A stretch of 16,000 nucleotides of DNA from Ferrimonas balearica (GTDB lineage: Bacteria > Pseudomonadota > Gammaproteobacteria > Enterobacterales > Shewanellaceae). The stretch lies in contig NZ_JAHVHW010000007.1 in the NCBI RefSeq assembly GCF_019802055.1, positions 1,001,403-1,017,402 of the forward strand. The letters are read 5' to 3'. Below the pieces are notes generated by a model. It worked only from the letters and a program-made list of their open reading frames with translations. It had not been told where the DNA came from and searched no databases. Positions 1 through 6,994 of the stretch are shown one piece after another. The first letter of the stretch is position 1. Each line of letters begins with the position of its first letter. A program made the translations under genes and the position numbers.

Positions 1-560
1 TCGACAACGTACGTGCTTCCCACGTATGGAACATCGATATCCACCCGACCCGTAAGACCCTGAACCCGGCTGAAGGTCAGCCCCGTGACGGTACTGGTAA
101 AGACTGGACCATGGCCAAGGACGAAGAGGGTTACACCTACCTCGACCTGATGTGGTCCTGTGCCCGTACCTCTGCCTCCGACCGCAACGTGGTGAACGGC
201 AAAGGCTGTCACAGCCAGTTCCAATCCGAGCTGGATGAAGGTCTGCACTTCCAGGATCAGATGGAGATCTACGGTGAAGTGATGAAGTGGCAGGAGCCGA
301 TCAAAGCGACTCACGCCAAGGTGCTGAAGTCTATCGAGCGTATCGAGCAACTGCTGAACGTGACCCGTCTGTCTAACTCCGACAAGGCTCAGATTCTGCT
401 GATGGTCGACAAGGCCCGCGACGCAGCAGCCAAGATCGAGAAAGACGGCTCCTGGGGTGTTCACGGCTTCGACTACTCCAAGCGCATCATCGAAGACGCC
501 TGGATCTATGTTCAGGAAGCCCAAGCCATGCTCGACAACGGCGACTACGTCGGCGAGTAA
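1..560 (+). CDS. sirA: C-terminal ~185 codons of a SirA/MccA-type octahaem cytochrome c sulfite reductase; the 5' end lies outside the window
   Basis: Frame 3 is open from base 3 to TAA 558-560; the ORF track only starts at the first Met, 111. It contains C-x15-CH (CARTSASDRNVVNGKGCH, nt 159-212), the non-canonical haem-attachment motif characteristic of MccA/SirA. The complete set of sir/mcc-type accessory genes follows. Confidence 0.8.
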   Translation, partial: DNVRASHVWNIDIHPTRKTLNPAEGQPRDGTGKDWTMAKDEEGYTYLDLMWSCARTSASDRNVVNGKGCHSQFQSELDEGLHFQDQMEIYGEVMKWQEPIKATHAKVLKSIERIEQLLNVTRLSNSDKAQILLMVDKARDAAAKIEKDGSWGVHGFDYSKRIIEDAWIYVQEAQAMLDNGDYVGE

Positions 561-569
561 GGCACCATG

Positions 570-597
570 CAGCCCCGGCGCAAGCCGGGGCTGATTT
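570..597 (+). terminator. Stem-loop 10 nt after the sirA stop; candidate partial terminator, attenuator or mRNA-stabilising hairpin
   Basis: Arm 570-579 (CAGCCCCGGC) pairs perfectly with 584-593 (GCCGGGGCTG), giving a 10-bp stem with a GCAA (GNRA) loop. Only ATTT follows, so the U-tract is weak. Confidence 0.4.
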
Positions 598-608
598 GAG
601 GGACAGAG

Positions 609-1031
609 ATGAACAAGTTCTTAAACGCCCTGGCTCTGGCCGCCTGTCTGCTCAGCCCCGCCGCATTCGCTGGCGCGGGTGGCGAGATGCGACCGGCTCC
701 CGTGTATGAGACCGAGATCAACTACATGAGCCTGGCCCAGGCGGAGCAACGGCTGGGCAAACCGGGAGTGCTTTTCTACGACGTCAATGTGCTGGAGATC
801 TGGGCTGATGGATACATCCCAGGCGCCATCCACTTTTTCGTCGACAACTGGAAGGAACTGCTGCCCGAGGACAAGGACGCCGAGATGATTTTTTACTGCG
901 CCAATCGCCTCTGCAACGCCAGTGAGATTGCCGCACATGCCGTCAAAGCCATGGGCTACACCAACGTCAGCCAAATGCCCGACGGAATCTTTGGCTGGAA
1001 GATGTCTGGCCGCGTGACTGAGAAACCCTGA
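609..1031 (+). CDS. sirB: Periplasmic single-domain rhodanese (sulfurtransferase)
   Basis: ATG is preceded by GAGGGA. There is an N-terminal Sec signal (..LLSPAAFA/GAGG). Rhodanese fold signatures are present (GYIPGAIHF, active-site loop YCANRLCNAS, GGxxxW-like DGIFGW). The symbol is assigned from its position as second gene of a sir-type cluster. Confidence 0.8.
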   Translation: MNKFLNALALAACLLSPAAFAGAGGEMRPAPVYETEINYMSLAQAEQRLGKPGVLFYDVNVLEIWADGYIPGAIHFFVDNWKELLPEDKDAEMIFYCANRLCNASEIAAHAVKAMGYTNVSQMPDGIFGWKMSGRVTEKP

Positions 1032-1059
1032 TTACTGGTTCAAACCAAGAGACAAGATT

Positions 1060-1839
1060 ATGAAATCCTTCTGCAAACGTTCTTTGGCTGCTCTGGCTGT
1101 CAGTTCCGCTCTGTTTACCCTGCCAGCCTTGGCCGCTGACCTGGAAAACGAGTCCTACAGTATCGGTGCGTCTTTCGGTAAGTACCTGTCCGGCCAGCTG
1201 GAAGGTCAGAAAGAGCTGGGTCAGGAGATTGACCTGAATTCGCTGATGGACGGTGTGGAAGATGCACTGAAGGGCGAAACCAAGCTGGAGCCGGAAGCGA
1301 TGCTCGACTTCCTGAACGCTCGCGCTGAACGCCTGAACACCGAACTGAAAGCCAAGCAGCAAGCCGAGATGGACGCTGCCAAAGCCGCCAACGACGCCTA
1401 CCTGGCAGAGAACGCCAAGAAAGCCGGTGTGGTTGTGACCGAGTCCGGTCTGCAGTACCAGGTACTGGCCGAAGGCAAAGGCGATAAGCCCTCTGCGGAA
1501 GACGTGGTCACCGTACATTTCAAAGGCTGGACCATCGACGGCTCCCAGTTTGAAAACACCTACACCAAGGGCGAACCGGCTCAGATGAGCCTGATCCACA
1601 CCATCCCCGGCTGGGAAGAGGGTGTGCAGCTGATGGCTCCGGGCGCGAAATACCGCTTTGTTATGCCGTCCACTCTGGCCTACGACATCCAGGACCCGAA
1701 AGCGGCCATGGCGCCCCATTCCGCCCTGATTTTTGAAATTGAGCTGCTCTCTTTTGAAGAGCCGAAGGCCGGCAACTTTGGCCACGGTGCCTCCATGGGT
1801 GGCGGTGCCTCCATGGACGAGATGCTCAAAGGCGAATAA
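1060..1839 (+). CDS. sirI: Periplasmic FKBP-type peptidyl-prolyl isomerase (FkpA/MccB-like) with a Gly/Met/His C-terminal tail
   Basis: Signal peptide (..FTLPALA/AD), an FkpA-like N-terminal helical dimerisation region, and an FKBP domain ([41 protein letters not shown]). Confidence 0.85.
   Translation: MKSFCKRSLAALAVSSALFTLPALAADLENESYSIGASFGKYLSGQLEGQKELGQEIDLNSLMDGVEDALKGETKLEPEAMLDFLNARAERLNTELKAKQQAEMDAAKAANDAYLAENAKKAGVVVTESGLQYQVLAEGKGDKPSAEDVVTVHFKGWTIDGSQFENTYTKGEPAQMSLIHTIPGWEEGVQLMAPGAKYRFVMPSTLAYDIQDPKAAMAPHSALIFEIELLSFEEPKAGNFGHGASMGGGASMDEMLKGE
1786..1816 (+). repeat. 13-nt direct repeat GGTGCCTCCATGG occurring twice with an 18-nt period inside the sirI tail
   Basis: Copies at 1786-1798 and 1804-1816 are identical and encode GASMG/GASMD. 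Confidence 0.9.
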
Positions 1840-1869
1840 ACCCGTTTCAGCCAACCCGATCGAGAGACG

Positions 1870-2541
1870 ATGTACGAGGTTCCCATGACCCCATTAGCCC
1901 TGCCCCTGACGGTCCTCCTGTTATGCGTCTGCGGGATCTTCCTGCTGCAGCACCAGCGGTGCGCAGTTCGGATGCCGTCGCCGGGCAAGGTGTTCCCTGT
2001 GGTCCTGATGTCTACTCTCATCCTCCCTGCAATGACCCTCTACGGCCAGCTTGGACGTTATGGGGACTGGGACCAGGTCACCGTCGATCATCGGGTTGGC
2101 TACCTGCTGCAAAAAACCATCAACGAAGACCGCTTGGCGTTGGATGACAACCCTGGAAATCCCGAGCGCTATCTGAAACTGGCCCGCAGCCATGCTGCCG
2201 GTGGCCAATATGAGCAGGCGGTCTCCGTGATGGATCAGCTGCTGGCACTGACCACGCCTCAGCCCGCGTGGCTGGGTCTCAAAGCCAGCTACCTCTACTA
2301 CCGTGATGACCGGGCGTTCGGCGAGGACGCGCGGGCTCTGGTGGAGCAGGCCCTGGCCCTGGACAACGCAGACGTGACCACACGGATGTTGCTGGCCAAC
2401 CAGGCCTACTTAAGTGGCCGCTACGAGGAGGCCATCGGGCATTGGCAGGTACTTCTGGCCAGCGATAAGAGTGACGTTAATCGTGCTGCCATCGGTAACG
2501 CCATCTCACGGGCTCAATCCAGACTGGCGGAAGTGCTCTGA
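1870..2541 (+). CDS. sirG: Membrane-anchored TPR protein, NrfG/CcmI-C-like haem-lyase specificity factor
   Basis: N-terminal TM helix (LALPLTVLLLCVCGIFLL). The C-terminal region aligns by eye with E. coli NrfG (ALALDNADVTTRMLLANQAYLSGRYEEAIGHWQVLL versus [36 protein letters not shown], from memory). An alternative start at ATG 1885 is possible. Confidence 0.75.
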   Translation: MYEVPMTPLALPLTVLLLCVCGIFLLQHQRCAVRMPSPGKVFPVVLMSTLILPAMTLYGQLGRYGDWDQVTVDHRVGYLLQKTINEDRLALDDNPGNPERYLKLARSHAAGGQYEQAVSVMDQLLALTTPQPAWLGLKASYLYYRDDRAFGEDARALVEQALALDNADVTTRMLLANQAYLSGRYEEAIGHWQVLLASDKSDVNRAAIGNAISRAQSRLAEVL

Positions 2542-2577
2542 CAACCCGACCCCATCGATAACAACGAGGATGATGAT

Positions 2578-3288
2578 GTGAACCAACTGAAGCTACACCG
2601 ACGCCAGTTCCTGCAAGGGATCGGTGTTGGTACTGCGGCGGTGACCCTGGCGGCTTGCAGCAGCACTGAAGAGGGCGCCGACGGCGAGAAACGCCCTCAC
2701 TACGTGATGATGTTCGACCAGACCAAGTGCACCGGCTGTGGTCGCTGCAAAGACGCCTGCAACGAGGCCAACGATCTGCCGGAAGGGATGGCGCGCCTGA
2801 CTCTGGAGCGCCAGAGTGACCGCGTAGAGGGTGCTGTGTGCCCCACCTGTGGCAAAACCGAGTGTCACTGTGACCGGAAATACGTGCGCGTATCCTGCCA
2901 GCAGTGTCAGAAGGCGCCCTGCGTGATGGTGTGCCCGACCGGCGCCGCTTACCGCGACGAGAAAACCGGCATTGTCACCATGGACGGCAGCAAGTGTGCG
3001 GGTTGTAAGTATTGCATCGGCGCTTGCCCCTACAACGCCCGTCAGATCAACGACAACACCGACGTGGCAGACAACTGCGACTTCTGTCTGCACTCCAAGC
3101 TGTCCAAAGGCGAATTGCCGGCGTGCGTTCAGGCCTGTCGTTATGACGCTCTGGTGTTTGGTGATGCGAACGATCCGAACAGCTACGTCAGCCGTCTGTT
3201 GGCGGTTAAAAATACCCAGCGGATCCGCCCGCATCTGGGCACTGAGCCCAGCCTGCGCTACGTCGCCAAAATGAAGCCGGAGGTGTGA
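2578..3288 (+). CDS. sirC: Tat-exported 4x[4Fe-4S] ferredoxin-type subunit (NrfC/PsrB/MccC-like)
   Basis: GTG start 7 nt after GAGGA; the upstream ATGs are in another frame and hit TGA. Twin-arginine motif HRRQFLQG. Four complete Cys groups: CTGCGRCKDAC, CQQCQKAPCVMVCP, CAGCKYCIGACP and CDFC..x12..CVQAC. Confidence 0.9.
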   Translation: MNQLKLHRRQFLQGIGVGTAAVTLAACSSTEEGADGEKRPHYVMMFDQTKCTGCGRCKDACNEANDLPEGMARLTLERQSDRVEGAVCPTCGKTECHCDRKYVRVSCQQCQKAPCVMVCPTGAAYRDEKTGIVTMDGSKCAGCKYCIGACPYNARQINDNTDVADNCDFCLHSKLSKGELPACVQACRYDALVFGDANDPNSYVSRLLAVKNTQRIRPHLGTEPSLRYVAKMKPEV

Positions 3289-3290
3289 GC

Positions 3291-4235
3291 ATGAACGGCA
3301 TCGACTTTACCACTGGCCTGGGCGGCGCCATCGCCTGGCCCTGGCCCATCGCGGTCTATCTGTTCTTCGCCGGGATCTCCGGCGGCGCCCTGACCGTCGC
3401 CATGCTGATGCGGATCTACAAACAGCAAACTGAGAATACGCCTTTGCTCAAATCTGCGGGTGTGGTCTCAGTAGTTGCCATCATGCTGGGTATGCTGTGT
3501 TTGGTACTCGACCTGACTAACCCGCTGTTCTTCTGGAAGATTCTGGTCTTTTACAACTTTAATTCTGTGATGTCTCTGGGTGTGGTGGTGCTGTGTCTCT
3601 ACATCCCGTTGACCATGGTAATTGCGGCCTTCGCGCTGCGTGATGAGTTGGCCAAAATCCCCCAGATTGGCTTCCTGATCCCTTGGATCGATCGCTTTGT
3701 CGGCCTGCGTCGTCCCTGTGAGTGGATTGCGTTGATCAGTGCCGTAGCGGTGTGTGCCTACACCGGCTTCCTGATCTCCGCGCTGGTGCGTTTCCCGATC
3801 ATCAACTCCTCCATCCTGCCGGCCCTGTTCGTAGTGTCCGGTCTGTCTGCCGGTACCGCAGTGGCAAAAGCGGTGGCGGTGAAGTTCTTTGGTGAGGACT
3901 TGCACAGCAAGGAGATGCACCTGCTGCATGGGGCCGAGTGGCCGATCATGGCGGTGGAAGCGATGTTCATCTTCATGCTGTTCTCCGGCCTGATCTTCGG
4001 TGATGCGGTGAGCAACGCCGCCATGGCCGCCTTCTCTGAAGGGGTGTGGGGTGCGCTGTTCTGGTTCGGTGTGGTTGGCCTGGGCTTTGTTTTGCCGCTG
4101 GCGTTTAACTTCGCCTTTGGCCAGAAGTTTGCCCATTCCGGCCGCGCGTTCTACGCCACCTGTTTCAGCGTGGTGTGCGGCATGATGTGTCTGCGTCTGT
4201 TCCTGCTGATGGGCGGCCAGATCTACGGCATGTAA
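3291..4235 (+). CDS. sirD: NrfD/PsrC/MccD-like polytopic membrane quinol-dehydrogenase subunit
   Basis: A very hydrophobic protein of about 8 TM helices immediately after the FeS subunit. ATG 3291 sits 5 nt after GGAGGTG; the track's GTG 3285 is the alternative start. Confidence 0.85.
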   Translation: MNGIDFTTGLGGAIAWPWPIAVYLFFAGISGGALTVAMLMRIYKQQTENTPLLKSAGVVSVVAIMLGMLCLVLDLTNPLFFWKILVFYNFNSVMSLGVVVLCLYIPLTMVIAAFALRDELAKIPQIGFLIPWIDRFVGLRRPCEWIALISAVAVCAYTGFLISALVRFPIINSSILPALFVVSGLSAGTAVAKAVAVKFFGEDLHSKEMHLLHGAEWPIMAVEAMFIFMLFSGLIFGDAVSNAAMAAFSEGVWGALFWFGVVGLGFVLPLAFNFAFGQKFAHSGRAFYATCFSVVCGMMCLRLFLLMGGQIYGM

Positions 4236-4244
4236 GCCTGTTTT

Positions 4245-4267
4245 CGCCGGGGGAACTTCCCCCGGCG
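4245..4267 (+). other. Perfect GC-rich palindrome/stem-loop in the sirD-sirJ spacer
   Basis: CGCCGGGGGAAcTTCCCCCGGCG. A realistic fold is an 8-bp stem, CGCCGGGG (4245-4252) with CCCCGGCG (4260-4267), and a 7-nt loop. GTGTTGT follows, so there is no clean U-tract. Confidence 0.5.
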
Positions 4268-4287
4268 GTGTTGTACGGAGTTTTGTG

Positions 4288-4797
4288 ATGCGCAAGTTAC
4301 TGGTTTTGAGTGCCACGCTTTTGTTGGCCGCCTGTTCCCAACCCCAGGCACAGGTTTCTGAGATTCATGCTCAGGTTGAGCAAGAGGATCGCTGCCACCT
4401 GTGTGGCATGGTGCTGGTGCGCTACCCCGGCCCGAAAGGGGTGGCCAACCTGGCCAATGAGCAGCAGCTGAAGTTCTGCTCCACCCGTGACCTGTTTGAG
4501 TTTGTGCTGCAGCCGGATAAGGGTCGCCAGGTGGTTCAGGCGCTGGTGCACGACATGGCAGTGAATGACTGGCATATCCCGGCTGATGAGTTCGTTCTTG
4601 CCCAGGAAGCCTGGTACGTCTACGGCTCTGATCGTCCGGCGGCAATGGGCCCGGCACTGGCCAGCTTCTCCACCGAGGAGTCTGCGCAAGCGTTTGCCGA
4701 TGCGTTTGGCGGCCGTTTGTTCCGTTTCGAGGAGATCACTTTGGAACTGCTGAACTCCCACAAAAATGGCCATCAGGGTGGTCATAAGGGCCACTGA
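4288..4797 (+). CDS. sirJ: NosL-like lipoprotein (putative Cu chaperone) with a His-rich C-terminal tail
   Basis: Lipobox LLLAAC/S, the NosL-type CHLCGM motif, and ATG 4288 placed 7 nt after GGAG (the track starts at GTG 4285). The tail reads HKNGHQGGHKGH. Confidence 0.8.
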   Translation: MRKLLVLSATLLLAACSQPQAQVSEIHAQVEQEDRCHLCGMVLVRYPGPKGVANLANEQQLKFCSTRDLFEFVLQPDKGRQVVQALVHDMAVNDWHIPADEFVLAQEAWYVYGSDRPAAMGPALASFSTEESAQAFADAFGGRLFRFEEITLELLNSHKNGHQGGHKGH

Positions 4798-4799
4798 TA

Positions 4800-6095
4800 A
4801 TGGGTTATCTGGCCAAGCGTCTGGCGGCACTGTGCTTGCTGGTCGCCCTGTTCCCAGCTCAGGCCAAAACGGTGGCCGTAGACAATGCGGAAGCGTTGAC
4901 TGCGGCCCTGTCTCAGGCAGAAGCCGGGGACATCATTGATCTCGCACCAGGGCGCTACCCTGGTCAATTTACCGTCTCCACCTCCCTCACGCTGAAGGGT
5001 CAGAGCGGTGCCCACCTTGAAGGGCAGGGCAGCTCTGTTCTGATCATCAACGCCTCCAATGTCACGGTTCGTGGTCTCTATATCACCGGTTATGGTCAGG
5101 CCCTGTTTGGTAAAACGGCAGGCATTCAGGTGATGCCGGGCACGAAAAACCTGTTGATCGAGCACAACCGAATGTTGGGGCAGGGATTTGGTGTCCGGGC
5201 AGACAAAGCCCGTCACGTTACGGTGCGGCACAATCGCATCGAAGGCGACCCATCACTCTCCATGGTGTTGCGCGGAGACGGTATTCACTTTCACGAGGTC
5301 GAGGAGGGCTCGGTCTCCGGTAACCACATCACTGAAGTGCGGGATGGGGTCTATCTCGAATCCAGTCAGTCCATCCGGGTGTGGGACAACATTATGGGGC
5401 TGCAGCAGTACCCGCTGCACCTGATGTACTCAGAGCAGATCACCGCCTGGAACAACGAAGCCCGCGATGTGCTCGGCGGCTGGGCATTGATGGATTCCAA
5501 GGTGGTGGAACTGCACGACAACCGGGTCGAGAACGCCCGGGAGTTCGGCATTCTGCTCAATATGACCTTCGGGGCGCGCGTTTGGGGAAACTGGGTGGCT
5601 AATGTCCGTAACCCGGACAGCCAGGACCTGTTCGATGGGGAAGGTAAAGGGCTGTTTATCTATGGTGCCGCGGACAACGAGATCTTCCGCAATCACTTTA
5701 AGGACAGCGAGATCGGCATCATGATGGCGCTGGGCGGCGAGGACAACCGGCTCTACAGCAACGCCTTCGTCAACAACCAGATTCAGGTCAAATACCTGGG
5801 TGAGAACACCGTGACCTGGAACCACTGCGGCATGGGGAACTACTGGAGCGGTTACGACGGTTGGGATCTGGACAATGACGGCATCGGCGATCTGCCTTTT
5901 GTCCCCAATGATGACCTGGACCGCCTGTTCTGGATTTACCCCGAAGCCCGTTTCCTGCTCGACAGTCCCGTGGTGCAGGTGATTCGTTACCTGATTCGAC
6001 AAAGCGGTGACCAGCCGGGCGGCGTGGTGGACCTCCATCCTATGATGGCGCCTCCCACCAGCGATCTGATCACCAAATACGAGACATCTCTATGA
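4800..6095 (+). CDS. sirK: NosD-like periplasmic right-handed beta-helix protein
   Basis: Signal peptide (..LFPAQA/KT). Repeated beta-helix rungs of the type (I/V)xxNx(I/V)xG run through the protein (e.g. VTVRGLYITG, LLIEHNRMLG, VTVRHNRIEG, GSVSGNHITE, IRVWDNIMG, NEIFRNHFKD). It is positioned directly before NosF/NosY homologues. Confidence 0.8.
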   Translation: MGYLAKRLAALCLLVALFPAQAKTVAVDNAEALTAALSQAEAGDIIDLAPGRYPGQFTVSTSLTLKGQSGAHLEGQGSSVLIINASNVTVRGLYITGYGQALFGKTAGIQVMPGTKNLLIEHNRMLGQGFGVRADKARHVTVRHNRIEGDPSLSMVLRGDGIHFHEVEEGSVSGNHITEVRDGVYLESSQSIRVWDNIMGLQQYPLHLMYSEQITAWNNEARDVLGGWALMDSKVVELHDNRVENAREFGILLNMTFGARVWGNWVANVRNPDSQDLFDGEGKGLFIYGAADNEIFRNHFKDSEIGIMMALGGEDNRLYSNAFVNNQIQVKYLGENTVTWNHCGMGNYWSGYDGWDLDNDGIGDLPFVPNDDLDRLFWIYPEARFLLDSPVVQVIRYLIRQSGDQPGGVVDLHPMMAPPTSDLITKYETSL

Positions 6096-6994
6096 ACGAT
6101 GCCGCCATCTACGCACGAGACGTGCACAAGTCTTATCGCGGCCATCAGGCCCTGAAGGGCGTCAGCTTTGAGTTGGCGCCGGGAAGCATGATGGCGCTGC
6201 TCGGCCACAATGGCGCGGGCAAAACCACTTTGATGAAGCTGATATTGGGGTTGCTCAGCCCGGATGCCGGTACCCTATCGGTGCTGGGCCGGATCCCCTC
6301 TGAGCCACGCCAGCGCCAGCAGTTGGCGATTGGCTATTTGCCCGAACAGGTCAGCCTTTACCCGCACCTTACCGGTGAAGAGTTGCTGACCTACTTTGCT
6401 GATTTGCGTGGTGTGGATCGTCGCCGTGTGGGCGAATTGCTGGCTGAGTTGGATCTCGCCCCGTTCGCCTGTCGTCCGGTTGGGCAGTATTCCAAGGGGA
6501 TGCGCCAGCGCCTGGGATTGGCGCAGGCCCTGCTGGGGGAACCAAAACTGCTGTTGATGGATGAACCTACCGTCGGGCTTGACCCCAACTCTTCGGCCTA
6601 CCTCTACCACTGTTTGAACCAGCAGGTTGAGCGGGGATGTGCGGTGGTGGTGTGTACCCACGAGTTGACCCTGATTGAGCCCCACTTTGATCATGCACTG
6701 ATCATGGCTCAGGGGCAGGTGCTTGCGTCCGGCGACCTGGCAACCCTGCGGCACGCCGCTGGGCTGAAAACCCGAATCACGGTGGCACAGGCCTCCGAAC
6801 GGATCCGGCAGGATGACCAGTTGGCACAGCACTGGGATGAGGCGAGCCAAAGCTTGTGGGTGAGTGCAGAGCAGAAGCCCCGTGCCATTGCGCGACTCAC
6901 CGGTGTCCACGGTTTGCTGGACTTCACCGTGACGGCACCGAGTCTGCCGGAGGTGTACCACCATCATCAATCCACTCTGGGAGCGCCCCTATGA
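6092..6994 (+). CDS. sirL: ABC transporter ATP-binding protein, NosF-like
   Basis: Walker A GHNGAGKTT, signature YSKGMRQRL and Walker B LLLMDEPT. ATGA overlap with the upstream gene at 6092-6095. Confidence 0.9.
   Translation: MNDAAIYARDVHKSYRGHQALKGVSFELAPGSMMALLGHNGAGKTTLMKLILGLLSPDAGTLSVLGRIPSEPRQRQQLAIGYLPEQVSLYPHLTGEELLTYFADLRGVDRRRVGELLAELDLAPFACRPVGQYSKGMRQRLGLAQALLGEPKLLLMDEPTVGLDPNSSAYLYHCLNQQVERGCAVVVCTHELTLIEPHFDHALIMAQGQVLASGDLATLRHAAGLKTRITVAQASERIRQDDQLAQHWDEASQSLWVSAEQKPRAIARLTGVHGLLDFTVTAPSLPEVYHHHQSTLGAPL

Noticed and set aside
967-1854. A 295-aa ORF on the - strand covering the whole FKBP gene
   Set aside because: It is an antisense shadow of a well-supported gene in GC-rich DNA. 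The product is rich in Gly/His/Arg/Gln and shows no recognisable domain, signal or RBS.
3468-4316. A 282-aa - strand ORF opposite sirD, and a 144-aa - strand ORF at 4223-4657
   Set aside because: The composition is implausible (runs of H, Q, R, T, G), and they are antisense to a membrane protein gene and to sirJ. They are typical high-GC shadow ORFs.
5430-6970. - strand ORFs of 202 aa (5430-6038) and 231 aa (6275-6970) opposite the NosD-like and NosF-like genes
   Set aside because: The sense-strand genes have unambiguous motifs (beta-helix repeats; Walker A/B and the ABC signature). The antisense products are low-complexity.
6856-6990. An N-terminal extension of the NosY-like ORF (track start 6856)
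   Set aside because: The extension lies entirely inside the NosF-like gene in another frame and encodes a non-hydrophobic Cys/Arg-rich peptide. ATG 6991 forms a classic ATGA coupling with the upstream stop and starts the hydrophobic protein.
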